From Neoconidiobolus thromboides FSU 785 (Eukaryota > Fungi > Entomophthoromycota), in the NCBI GenBank assembly GCA_025603075.1, contig MU626453.1, positions 1 through 36,367 of the forward strand: a stretch of 36,367 nucleotides of DNA, read 5' to 3'. The notes beneath the pieces are model-generated. The model saw nothing but the letters and a program-made list of their open reading frames with translations, did no database searches and had not been told where the DNA came from. Positions 1-12,526 of the stretch are shown one piece after another; the first letter of the stretch is position 1; every line of letters begins with the position of its first letter. The translations under genes and the position numbers were made by a program.

Positions 1-212
1 TTTAGCATAAAATAATAGTGGGCGATATCAATAGTTAAAAATAGCTACGAATTTATTAAAATTCCACTAAAAGTTAATTAAGATTTATATTAAATCCACT
101 GAATCTAAATGAGGAATCTATTAAGAAGCCTCCACTTGGAATAGTACATAAGGACTATATAAAATAACAAAAATTAAGCTTTATTACAATTAAAGGAATC
201 AAACATACAAAT

Positions 213-938
213 ATGCAACAAAATTATTTTATCACATTCATTTTCTTATTACTCAACTTCAACTACATTTTATGTAAACAAAAACGGTTCAAAAACATCA
301 TCGATCCCTACTTTCCAAGACTCTTAAAATATAAAGTAGGCTTAATAATCTATCCCAACTTCAACTTACTCGATGTTGTTGGGCCTTCAGATGTCTTTAG
401 CGGAAACGACTTTCTATTCTCTATAACAACAATAGGAGAAACCAAAAATGGCACTGTAGCTTCAAAAAGTGGTACATTAAAACTAAATACTGAATTAAAT
501 ATGGAAGAAGCTATTCAACAAGATTTTGATATTCTAGTATTACCAGGTGCAGATTCTCCAGATGGGATAGAGATATTAAATAATGAGAGATTTGTAAATA
601 ATTATAAGCAATTATGTAACAAATCTAAAGTGGTATTTACTACTTGTACAGGCTCTTTAATTTTAGCAAAAACTGGCTTAATCGATCAAGTATACGCTAC
701 CACTAATAAACAAGCTTACAAAAAATATACTCGAGATTATCCCAACGTTAAATGGATTCACAAAGCTCGTTGGATACATAATAAGAAGTACATTACTTCA
801 AGTGGAGTAACTGCTAGTATCGATGCGTCAATTTATATAATCTCATTGATTACTGGTGATACTTATACAAAGTTCTTTGAACATGAAATTGAGTACAAAT
901 ACAACGATAATCCAGATAATGATCCTTATGCCGTTTAG
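213..938 (+). CDS. DJ-1/PfpI (ThiJ; class I glutamine amidotransferase-like) family protein, InhA/isonitrile-hydratase-like subgroup, with putative N-terminal signal peptide; intronless, 241 aa
   Basis: Motifs KVGLIIYPNFNLLDVVGP, DILVLPG, nucleophile elbow TTCTGS, ATTNK, RWI..KYITSSGVTASID. Hydrophobic N-terminus (YFITFIFLLLNFNYILC). TATATAAA at 156-163. Confidence 0.9.
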   Translation: MQQNYFITFIFLLLNFNYILCKQKRFKNIIDPYFPRLLKYKVGLIIYPNFNLLDVVGPSDVFSGNDFLFSITTIGETKNGTVASKSGTLKLNTELNMEEAIQQDFDILVLPGADSPDGIEILNNERFVNNYKQLCNKSKVVFTTCTGSLILAKTGLIDQVYATTNKQAYKKYTRDYPNVKWIHKARWIHNKKYITSSGVTASIDASIYIISLITGDTYTKFFEHEIEYKYNDNPDNDPYAV

Positions 939-1323
939 AGGTTATGATGGTACATTTGTATTATTATTTATTATCAGACTCAAATAAAGAATTACCTATT
1001 TAAATCAAAAATTTTGTATAGGGAAAATAATTTTAGAATAACTTTATTAAGTTTTTTGACTATTGAAGTACTAACGAGGTGGGGATATTGGAATTGGTTT
1101 CATTTTTTATCTGATTTTTAAATCCTTGATATTTTGAAAGTTTTGGTTAAAATTATATAAATAAAAGTATCCAACACAATTTTAAACTATTTTATTATAA
1201 TTCATATTGTAAGTTAGCAGAATTTCTACTAGATCTGATAAAAATTCATATATTGATAAGGTTTTTAGTAGTATAATATATATATTGATATTAACCAAAG
1301 TTGTAGGATGTAAATAAATATAT

Positions 1324-1419
1324 GGGGATGTATTTTTGTGTTTAAGAATTTTACTACCAATTTTTCCGCTCAAATAGCGCATAAAAATGAATAAGTGATG
1401 AAGCCAAAAAAACACCACC
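1324..1419 (+). mobile_element. MITE-like element copy 1
   Basis: GGGGATGTATTTTTG...CAAAAAAACACCACC with conserved core CTCAAATAGCGC; flanked by ATAT at 1320-1323 and 1420-1423. Confidence 0.85.
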
Positions 1420-1798
1420 ATATACTTCTATAAAACATCATTGAGGAATAACTATTATTACTGCTTTATAGCCACATTGTAGATTTACTGTCAAATAAAC
1501 AAATTATTTTAATGTTGTAATTACGTTATTAATAATAGTAAACTTCAGTGGTATTTTTTTCTCTTTTTTGCTTTATTATAAAATTCCATAAATTTTAAGC
1601 TATTATAGATAGTTGTTAAAATTAACGTAAATAAATTATAATACTTATGTAATATATTTCTGCTTAGTATATTAAAATTTTAAAAAATTCCATTTTGAAG
1701 TTTAGTTATAAAAATTTGAACTTCATTTTTAATAAAAAATAAAGTCAAACTACATTTATATATTATATATCTATTAAACATTTGATAATAGAAGGATT

Positions 1799-1890
1799 AT
1801 AAGCCCTTTAAATTCAACTAATCATACATTAAGGACTTACAAATTTAAAACTTGATTTAGATTAATTTTGAAATCCCTCCTCAGCTTGGA
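1799..1890 (+). repeat. Second dispersed repeat, copy A
   Basis: Aligns with ~19101-19190; shared core AATYATACATTAAGGACTTA..AATTTAAAAYTTG. Ends approximate. Confidence 0.55.
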
Positions 1891-1991
1891 TATCTCTATA
1901 TGAGACCCAACTGTTTTCTGTATCACAAACTGATACTAAGTCTTTATTATGAGTAAATAATCTAAATACTTATTAACTATAAAAATTTTAA

Positions 1992-2062
1992 GCAATGTTG
2001 GTTTAGTGGTAAAATTGCCGCCTGCCACGCGGCAGCCCCGGGTTCGATTCCCGGACATTGCA
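1992..2062 (+). tRNA. tRNA-Gly (GCC), intronless
   Basis: Acceptor stem GCAATGT/ACATTGC, D arm GTTTAGTGGTAAAAT, anticodon stem GCCGC/GCGGC with loop CTGCCAC, T arm CCGGG-TTCGATT-CCCGG; T5 run at 2076-2080. Confidence 0.95.
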
Positions 2063-2125
2063 TACTACATTATTGTTTTTCCTCCTCACAATAGGAGTGG
2101 AAAACATGGTAAAATACTTCTATAC

Positions 2126-2225
2126 GGGGGATGTATTTTTGTGTTTAAGAATTTTACTAACAAGTTTTCCACTCAAATAGCGCTTAAAAGATGGAAAAAA
2201 TAATGAAACCGAAAAAAACACTCCC
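2126..2225 (+). mobile_element. MITE-like element copy 2
   Basis: Full-length match to the family; flanks are ATAC/GTAT (inverted rather than direct); 63 bp downstream of tRNA-Gly. Confidence 0.85.
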
Positions 2226-2530
2226 GTATCTTCACTAGTTAATATTGATTGGTAAAGTGAGATATCATTTTGTAAGTCGAGAGTTGTGATAATATTGTTA
2301 TAGTGGAATTAAAGTTTCTAGCTGGTATTAATCTCTTGTTTAGTTTAATTTTACTTTTAGTTATAATTAATAAATAACTTAACTTTCTTTGCACTGATTT
2401 ATTAAACTTAAAAATTAAAAATTTCATAATTTATTTAAAAAATTCAAAATCGATATTAATTCAAAAAATAACTCATTTGTTAAAAGAAAATTATATTTAT
2501 ATACTACCAACCAAAATTAAATACCCCCCT

Positions 2531-5500
2531 TCAAATCCTCTTACAATAACCTGACGGGAACCATCCCCTCTCTCTTGAAAATGCGTCTTCTCCATACCAC
2601 CATGGTGAACTTGAATTCTTGGTCACTTTAAAAACATTCAAATCGATTCCCGGGACCAATGAAAGCTCTGTAGGCCCACTAGCTTTATATGGAAACAATG
2701 CTTTACAATGGAACAGTATAGTTCTTTCCTTTTTACTACTTATAGTTGTAGTGGTTTGCATGGTTGAAATTGAGTCCCTAGTCTTATGTGATCTCAGATG
2801 ATTGCTATCCTCGGCATGGGATTTAGGAGATGAATAGCTATTCACCGGGGAATGTGCCTCTGTAGAAGTTTCTGAGTAAATACTGGAGCCGTCTTGTGCT
2901 TTATTAATGTTCAATCCCAGTGTATTTTTAACACTATGTTCCTTAAGTAGAAAAGAGGCGGTTGATTCCATTGAGTTTGTTTTTGAGTGATTGATCGATG
3001 ATATTTGAGAGTGGGATTTAAAAGCTTCTTGTTTAAAGCTTAAATTCATATTGAAAGATTGTAATGGATCAACTAGATTACTAGTGCTATGGGAAGTCCT
3101 TATTTCATTCTTAAGTATCTCATCATAAGCGCTGCCTTCGTTATTATTATCGGTGTTGCCCTGTGCAAAATTGCTAATTAAAGACTCTTTAATTCTCTGC
3201 ATATCATCTGAGGTTAGCCCGGGCACCATTAGACTATCCATACTTAGCTCATTTGCCTTTCTAGACTCTGGGTTCAATAAGCTGCTAGCAAAATACGAGT
3301 TTTCACCTGGATGTGTTAGAAAAGGTGAGCTATTATTCCTATCTATCATAGGGGCTAAAGAGATAATTAATATAAAAATAAACTAAAATTATAACAAATT
3401 GTACCTGCTGATGATTTGGCATCACTCTTTGACCTATAAAAATGGGCCGGAATAGCCGATCTTTTCTTCATAATGTCAGTTGTTAAGCTATTATTTTTAT
3501 TGTGTGAGATCATGTTATTCGAGTCAATATCACTGCCTTCTGAAACTGATCTTTGGATATGAACTAAAACATAAATAAGCATAATACATAATAAATAAAT
3601 ATTCCCTTACCAGAATTAAAAATAGCAGAGGGACCAATAATAGATAGGGCAGCTTTACTGAAAGGGTCTTGCTCACCAAATCCCTTAATTTTATCAAAGT
3701 AATCTGCTTTTAAATCAGAACTTATGTTATGGTTTTTATCAAATAAAATCAACAAACGATTTAAATCTTGATAAGGTCGTGAATAAACTTCTTTTTGAAT
3801 CGTAGCAAACTGTCCAACCAATAGTAAGAAGATTTTACTACCACTTTGTAAGAACTGGGGCAATTCATCTATCAATTGCTGATTGATTAACTCATACCCT
3901 TCAGATAATTCTGCCAAGCTTTTGTTGTTCTATTTAAATAATGTGTTAAATATTTATTATTTAGTTTATATAATGTTATAATCTACCTCTTTGTCTTTGT
4001 TCTTTAAATGCTGGTCGTAATCATACAATTTTCGGTCTCTTTTCTTCATAATAATCGTTGGTTTGTTAAACAACTGACACAATTGTTGTACTCTTTCATA
4101 CAAAACAGTATTGACTTCATGATCCAAATAGGTTACAGTATCTTTAGTGAGATGTTCAATCGCTTTAAGAAATTCAGATACATATAATTGCAAAGGGGCA
4201 GGACTCGAATTAGCTACAATTTGTGATGAGGTATAAGCAGATAAATAAGCTTTAGCTAATATCTCCTGCTGAGTCAATACATTTTCGAAGTTCAATGTCC
4301 AATTTTGCACCTCAATCCAAAACTCACGTATACTATTTTCTAATTCCAATACCTTAAGGGCCAAAGTGTCATATGTCTTATCTGTTGTTTTTAGCTTGAT
4401 TCCAGCAATTTTTCTCAACTGTTGCGCACCCCGAATAAGCTTTTTATTAAATCCTTGGCGTATGTCTACAGCCTCTGATTTTTTCGGTTTGTGACCGATA
4501 ATCTTTTCAATTGCTTCCTTCCTCTTTTTGAACTCATTATAGTTATCGGCAGAGTTCTGAATCAGTCTAGAAGCATCCAACAAGTTTTGATAGTCCGGAT
4601 GATCCTTAGGAGTCACTGACAACAATTCCTAATAACGGGATTGTATTTGTTATTAATAAATCATAATAAAAAAATTTTAATTACCCTTAATAACAATGGA
4701 TACTTTAAAAATCTTTGAATGGGCTTGATTAATAGCGAATTAATATCCCATGCTTTAGATTTGCTTTTCAGTTCTTCATCACATTTCTATTCAAGATAAA
4801 TAAAATAAAAAACAAAAGACAAAAAAATTACTTCTAATAGTGCTACAGTAGAAGGAAAACGTTGAGCCATATTTTGGAGGTAAGCCATAGATGCTTCGTG
4901 ATGTTTAAAATATTGTGAATATACTTCTTGAAGGTTGCTATGCTAAATATTTCCATTATATTTCTACTAAAAGTAAAATAAAATAAACCTACTTCTTCAA
5001 TGATAACTTTACCAATCATTAGCGTAGCAATCTCTTGAGAATTGATTTTAAAAAGCTGTATTAACTTTCTAGAATAGTCAATGATGTCTTCCACGTTAAT
5101 AAATATGATATGAATATCCTTAACTGAAAATTCGTTTGGATTTTCTTTAGCTGCTTTCATATAAATATCCCTTAATAAAATCAAGTCCTCCCTATAGCTG
5201 ACCTCAGTACTGATAAGCTCCTCCACCACATGTATCAACTTCGATTCACTATTTGATTTACTAATCATTTCTTCTGAATGCGATCTTAAACTCTCTAAAC
5301 TTTCAAACCGCTGTGGTAAAGAAAGACTAGGTGATGCTAATGGTGGGCCGTTGGTTCCAATTGAATCATTTGTTCTTGAAGAATAGTTCCTATTATGATT
5401 AATGTTCGGCCTGTTCTTATCGTTCCTACTCATCGCTGACATTGTAAACATTTCTGGATCTGATAATTTGCGATTTAAGCTTTTACTCTTTAACTTGATT

Positions 5501-8500
5501 GTTGGTGGTACTGATCCAGCTCCTTTGTTTTCGATTAATTTATGAGGTCTATTGACCCTTAAATTGGACTTAGGAGGCGGCGCCGGTGTAAATACACTGC
5601 TTGGTTTTCTGTGATGGCTAAAGAGAGGTTCAGATCGGCAACTAGCTTCGGATGGACTGACACTTATATCTTCTTTTTTCTCCGGCAAAGAAAAAGCAGA
5701 AAGCGTAGTACTTATCCTAGGCTGCTTTGTGTTGTTTGGTGGAAATTGATAATCTTCTTTCCTTGCTGTACTCTGTACTCTTTGTTTCGGACTTTCATGT
5801 TGTTTACTATTCAGTACAAGGTCTTCAATTGAATTATTGTCCGAAGGGTATGGTATATGTGCTTCTAAATTGGGTGAACTATCTGTAGATTCTGAGCCCA
5901 TCATGGTACTATAAATTGTAAGTGCTGAAGAATACCGATGATTTTCAAAGTCTTTTTCATCCAAATATTTGATACATTGTAATACGGCGCTAAGCGAAGG
6001 TTCTAAAGATTTAGGATTAAGATATGAACTTCTAGCTTCTACATCATTCTCTTTAATTACTGATTCTACCTTAGGATTGTAACTTTGACTTGGGCTGTTC
6101 CTATTATTATTTTCAATAATATTGTTAAGTTTAAAATCGGCAACGTTTATATTTTCGCTAGAATCATGCTTTTCAATTTGTTGACCATTTTGTTGATCTT
6201 TACTTTCTTTTTCATTATGGATAGTTTCAAATCCTTTTGACGGACTAACGCATCTTGGTCTGTTTGGACTTTTAGCTCGGGTTTGATAGCTAGGATTTTT
6301 GTTTCTACCTTCAACAAATGAATTATTAACTTGAGAAGGCTTTAACGAATCGCTCCTAGTTGAAAGTAGACTCTGACCTAGACTTTCAGTTGTTCTTATT
6401 TTTTGAGGACTCTTGCTAATTTTCATATTATTATATTCAGCTAAGATAGAATTGAAGTCTAGATCTGTAGCTTCTTTTATAATAGCTGGACCCTCCTTTT
6501 TACTATCAACCAGGCCAATTTCTTGATGAATTTTACTTGCAGTTAATAAATTACGGTCTATAACTAATTCATCTTTGCTATAAGTAGCACCATGTCGCCT
6601 TAGACCAACAGGTGGCAATTTTACAGCTTCATTACTCTTATTTGTGTTTTTAACTAATTTTACTTCACTGACCTCATTTGTTGTATTTTTAATTGAGTTT
6701 GAAATCATATTTAATTCAGGATTACTCATATTAACCAATATGCCTGAGGGATTAACGATATTAGAACTATCTTCAGTTGTGAGTGATAAGTTTGCATTTG
6801 TTTTTTCAATACATGTGAGGATGTTGACTTCGCTTTCAACTTTAGCTACTTCGTTACAATCCTCACTTTGGTTTGCCTTTTGTTTCATTGTATGATTATT
6901 TATGGTATCTTCTTTTATTTTAGTTTCACTCTTTAAAGTAGTAGGCTCCCAAGTTTTAACTTTGCCAACTGTTGTTTCTTTAGTCAGGTCTTTTTGATCA
7001 AGATGATTTTTTGTTTCATTGGTGCTACCATTCAATGGGCTTATTTTATTTACATTATTACTACCTTTTGAAATTGAGCTTGTCTTATTCATTTGATCTT
7101 GCAGCTCAGGCTCCCATCCCTTCACTGTTCCAATTAATGATTTTAACGCACTCTCATTAATGTTATCGGACGAGTTATTTTCCAAAAACTTATTTCTGTT
7201 GACTTTGACTTTACTTTCCAAAGTTAAGTCAGATTTTGAATGTTTACCATCGTAATTTATCTTTGAACTTAAAGTATTATTATCAGGTGACCAAGGTCTA
7301 GCTTTAAAATTGACAGATTCTTTATTCGGTTGTGATTTTGACATTGTGCTTGTTTTAATATTAATTTCTGATCCAAACATTTTTATCCTTTCAGCAATAA
7401 TCCCCTTTTTGTCTCCCTCCTTCATACTATACCCCATTCGCTTTCGATCAGAGCTAGCTACATTCTCAAGATTGAACTTATTTACTTTATTTTCATTCAA
7501 TGGGTCTTTAGAACTTCCTTGAGATTTATCAACTGTTCCTATTTCCTTTTCGTTCACCAAACGACCTATGTTTTCTCTGATAATATTGTCAGAACTATTT
7601 CTACCATCCACTTTTTGCAGCCTTATTTCTTTTCCTGATTCCAAATTTAAATCCTCTTGATTTACCTCTGACCTATACCTCAAATCTTTGTGACGGGATG
7701 CACTTTCAAAATCTAAGATGGACTCTCCTTTCAAATAAGGTTTAAAATCATCCTCAGTAGGCTGAGAAAAACTAAAAGATTCAAAACCTTGGCTTGCATC
7801 ATAAGGTCTACTATCTTTAAAATTTTTGGATACCGTTTCATCCAAAATTGGTGATTTTATCTCTTCTTCTTCAACGTCTACCTGCGCTGATGTGGGCGAT
7901 TCAACTCTTTTTAATGCTGGGTTAATTAAAGCTTCTTTACTCTTTTTATTCACAAGATTATTAGAATTAGCTTCTGTTATATCCTTTGATTTTATCAATG
8001 TAGTTGGATCAACTTCCTCTTTTTCAATCAAAGGAGTGGTATTACTCCTTATATCACATTTTTCCACTTTGGTATCTAAACTAATCTTTATTTGCTCCTT
8101 TAGATGCGCAGCATCATTAAAACTCAAGCTCCTCCTGGGGCTATCCTCAACTACACTATTAATTAATTTGAAATCTTGATTGCTTGGAGACACTAACTGC
8201 TGTCTATTAATTGATCTATTTATAGGTGATACCACTGTTTCTCTTGATTTCTTATCATCCTTTAAACCCTTAGACTTTAATAAAGTTTCCAAAACTGTTG
8301 GTTTTGCCTTAAATTCTTCATCGGATTCATACCTCGTTGTATTACTATGTGCTTCACTAGTATATTCCATTGAGTTCGGCTCCACCTCATAAGTATCAAG
8401 GATGACAGAGGATGTAGGCGACAACAAATCAGTAATTGTTCGCTTAGCACACTCTTTTGAAGCCTGTACTTCACTATCCGTTTGATCAACCCACAACTCA

Positions 8501-9263
8501 TTGTTGAGCTCATATGAACTGATGATCTCCATTTCTAACTCGTTAGTATCGAAACTTTCATGAACTATTTTGTATACGTTTGGTGACCTTGGTTTATCGA
8601 TTGAAAAATAAGGGCTCTTTTTTTTAATGGCAGAGGCAGGCGTTTTTAGTTCGGAATAATAGCTTATCACATCTAACTCATTATCGTTATCTTTAATTTC
8701 CACTCTTAGTGGCTTTCCTTTCCGCTTTTCAGCCAACGGAGAAGATTTGCTTGCAATTTCATTAAATAACTCTTTTTTACCACCTAAAGTAATATTCTAG
8801 ATATATTTAATATCATAATTTTTTAGTAAAAATGTTAGTTTACCCTCCAGTCAGGGCTGGCCTTTTTAGATGATTCGGCACTTGTTATCAAAGGGGTTGG
8901 TTTTGTAGTGATCGTTTCAAACAGTTGTTTTGTCTTTAAAAAATTGGCAGTTCGATTGGGTCGTATCAATGATTTTCGAACAATCGGCGACCGCATACTT
9001 TTCAACTTTGGATTTAAAAAGTCTGTGTTTAACTTGTTCTTTGTTGGACTAATTTCACTTTTTCCTTGAACTTCACTCATATTATTATCTGTTATCGTGT
9101 CCTTGTTAAAACTCTTGCTTTTATTTAATATTCTTGTCGTTGAAGTTGTATTACTTTGAGAAATTCTTTGTTTAAAATAGCCTGGACTGGCTGGTGCAAC
9201 ATGGTTAAACTTTAACTTACCAGTTCGATCTTTTTCACTATCAGTTATTGCAAAATCCTTCAT
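2531..9263 (-). CDS. RhoGEF (DH) + BAR + C-terminal SH3 protein (Tuba/DNMBP- or Gef1-like architecture), ~2126 aa; exons 9263-8844, 8796-4993, 4942-4832, 4786-4685, 4628-3987, 3929-3611, 3563-3405, 3354-2531
   Basis: Seven GT-AG introns of 45-57 nt join the ORF-track pieces in frame (6381 nt). DH motifs VVEELISTEVSY and LLIKPIQRFLKYPLLLRELL; BAR-like YELINQQLIDELPQF; SH3 ALFPY...ELSL...WWYG...GWFPSGYC. The start codon is the least certain part. Confidence 0.85.
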
Positions 9264-10279
9264 CTTCTTCCCTATACGATTGGCTAATTTTGAATTCAGC
9301 TTTATATGTTATATTAAAAAAATATTCAATTTCTATTTTAACCATTATTTAATCAATACAATTCCTACAATTTCTCCTCAAAATGGAAAGTTGAATGTTC
9401 TTATCCCTATCATAGCTACAGTTTAGTTCTGACTATTGGTAATTTTTATAACTTTTTGCTTTTTAGATTTTTTTAAAATTGTACTATACCTTATATAAAC
9501 TAAAGTTTATTAATCTGTTAAAAATTATGATCGTTCAAAAGGAATCCCCAATCAAGTAAATTCATTAACTGTCTAGGCTTAGCTATAAAAACGCGCGTGG
9601 TCAATTAAAATTTCACTAAGTTTCTTTAGCTTAATAATTGTTGTTTCTAAATTTGAAATAATTTTGAATATTGAAGTTTTCTCCATAGTGGAGATGTCGG
9701 TTTCTGAATTAATTGGTTTGATGAGTAGCAAAGCCATTAGGCAATAGATTATTAAACTTTGTTATTTAATTTGTGTAACTTTAACCTTTTCAAAAGGCTT
9801 AAAATGATAAAACATTGCTTTAATAGCAAACATTATTAAAATAATCAATACTATAGTTCAAAAATACAAAAACCTAATACAATGTGTCATTATTAAAAAA
9901 AATCTTTTAAAAAACATTTGAAATAAATATTAAAACTTGATTTGTATTTAAAGCTTTTTTAAATTCTTATAAACGATTTTACAATGTGTTTAGGTTAAAC
10001 TAAGATTCGGTTTTTTCTAGCTTTGATTTTTTGTAAAAATAGTAAATTAGGGTTAGTTGCTATTTTGTAGCAATTTTTTTGCTCAGTTTAAAATTAGTGA
10101 ACAAATTTGCAATTTAAACTTTATCAATCTGAAAAATTATCTAATTTTAATCAAATTTTTACCTGCCTTAATTGAGTTCTATTTTCTCGCTAGTATAATC
10201 ATTTAAATCACCATGAATAACCTGAACAAAACTGTGTGATATTTAAAGAACTGGGAATTTCTTTATGCAATTAATATAT

Positions 10280-10374
10280 GGGGATGTATTTTTTGTTTAA
10301 GAATTTTACTACCAACTTTTCCGCTCAAATAGTGCTTAAGATAGAAAAATAATAAAGCCAAAAAAAATACCCCC
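10280..10374 (+). mobile_element. MITE-like element copy 3
   Basis: GGGGATGTATTTTTTG...CAAAAAAAATACCCCC; ATAT at 10276-10279 and 10375-10378. Confidence 0.85.
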
Positions 10375-10950
10375 ATATTAATTTTATTAAAATAAATTCA
10401 CAAAATTGTTAAACTTTACACTTTAGCCAGTCTCATTAGAGTTGTATAATATCTTGAAATTAACTCCAAAACAAGTAAGTTTAATATAAAATACCCATGA
10501 ATTATTTTATTGTTATTACATATTTTTATAGATAATAACTAATATGTATTTTAACAACAGATCAATGTTTAGTAATTTTCCTTTAGATAAAAGCCACCTG
10601 TTTAGGTTTAATAAAGTTATAATAAATACATGATTTAACAATACTACTCAAAGGCACGGGTAGCTTAATTTAGAATCATAAACTACTTGATATAAAAAAA
10701 GAAATAAATTGTTATCTCTCAAACATATCAATTATTTAGACTCCAGAAATATTGTAAGGATATAAAGTGATATATATTAAGATTTATTCATTTTATTAGT
10801 CAAATCTTTATAAACATATTATATTAAGAATGTGAAAGAGCAGAAAATAAACAACTCTACAAAATAACCTGACTGAGTTATTTTTAGGTTGATAACTAAT
10901 AATTTTAAGATTTGAGTTGTAAATGCTACATTTATTCGATAATTATATAA

Positions 10951-11788
10951 ATAGTTTACTATATTTTGTTGCTATTTTTTATTCATTATCTTAATGTAGT
11001 AGATCAATTAAATAACGGCCCAAGGCTAAAAAAAATGGGATGACTTTGCCGAGGTCTACATCGAGAATTATCTGTACATACATAGGAAACCATTCTTCTT
11101 AGCGCAGCATCGTTATTTTTTGTATTTCATGGGAAAGGAACTTCAAAAATTGACCCTTTTGTTATATTATGTACTGAAATTGGATCGTCAAAATTAACAA
11201 CCTAAATAGTGATCCCATCTATAGTGGTAAATATTTTAATAGAGTAAATGGTAATGATGGATCTATTGATAGTGGTCCATTCAAAGATTTTAAAGTATTT
11301 TATTACCATGGTGAAAATGATGGTAAACACTGTTTAAGATGTAAGAAAGCGTCTGATAAAAAAGTAATTGGTGGAGCTGAAATGGATAATTTATAGTTAG
11401 ATCATACTCTTTTCAGTAAACTTGCTAGAAATATTGAAGGTTTAACACATGGTCATATTCATAATAATATTGGTCACAAATTCTCTAGTCATGCTTCATC
11501 TGATGATCCATTATTCTGTTCTCATTATGCTTTCATTGATAAATATGGTTTAATCACCAAGTGTGTTACCTAGAAACCATGGATCAATATCATATAAGTT
11601 GTCGTATTCTACTTACACTCTAGGGCTTTCCAGTTCTTTAAGAGATAGACGCTTCAGATCGTATGTTTTATGTCTATAAAAATGATCATTTCTTATGGGT
11701 CAAGCTAGATGGTATTTCTCATGCTCCTCTCATCCCTGATTTCACTCTAGAATCATATACAGTAGCAACTAATGTTGCCATTCTTTAA
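10951..11788 (+). pseudogene. Tyrosinase / di-copper-centre protein pseudogene
   Basis: CuA-region relic WDDFAEVYIENYLYIHRKPFFLAQHRYFL (from 11036), Y*NW (TGA 11175-11177), GPF, HCLR, CuB region IEGLTHGHIHNNIG...DDPLFCSHYAFIDK (11435-11543), later FYVY motif. Several frameshifts and stops (TAG 11394-11396). Ends approximate. Confidence 0.85.
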
Positions 11789-12263
11789 GATTTAATTAAA
11801 TGTCATACTGATTTTATTATTAAAAACTACGGGTTAGTTGCAATAGCATTAGTAGTCCATTAGAAAATGATGTATCTTTATTTTTACTTTTCTGTATTAC
11901 AAAAAAACCACCAGTTGAGTTGCTAGATGTTAATTTCATTATTAGAATGAACTTTAACTATTCTAATATCTATGAAAATGAATTGCATGGATTGGAATTC
12001 AAGATTTACATCAAAGCAATTGAAGTGCTTAATAAAAGTTTAATATAGGTTAGGTTTTTGTATCTATTATTTTCAGTTTTAATTTCTATATAAATGCTTT
12101 TAATCATAATTTTAATTTATTGGATTTTGATGAATCCACTTACATTTCTAAGTGTTTTAGTACTTCTGTTTATCATTTTTATAAATAACTCCGAGGTTTT
12201 GTTATATTTAATATTCATTATAACATATTTATTAAGCATCACAATATAACTCTTTCATAAAAT

Positions 12264-12357
12264 GGGGTTGTTTTTTAGTTTCATTATTTTTCCATTTTTT
12301 AAGCGCTATTTGAGTGCAAAGATTGTAGTAAATTCTTAAACACAAAAACACATCCCC
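12264..12357 (-). mobile_element. MITE-like element copy 4
   Basis: Reverse-complement full-length copy; AAAT at 12260-12263 and 12358-12361. Confidence 0.85.
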
Positions 12358-12423
12358 AAATAATTCGAGTTTATTTTTAGATTATTTTTTATAAACTGAA
12401 TTCAAAAAGAGTAAAAACTAAAT

Positions 12424-12526
12424 AGATGATGTAATAATATATTTTTGTATTTAAGAGTTTTACTAACAATCTTTCCCCTCAAATAGTGATTAAAAGATGA
12501 AAAAGCTGATAAAGCTAAAAAAACCC
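12424..12526 (+). mobile_element. MITE-like element copy 5 (5' end eroded)
   Basis: Core TTTAAGAGTTTTACTAACAATCTTTCCCCTCAAATAGTGATTAAAAGATG recognisable; no clean target duplication. Confidence 0.7.

Noticed and set aside
2619-8513. Plus-strand and off-frame ORFs overlapping the RhoGEF gene (e.g. 5611-5832, 6644-6895, 7826-8392, 8277-8513)
   Set aside because: They are antisense or alternative-frame shadows of a long coding exon, with no independent motifs.
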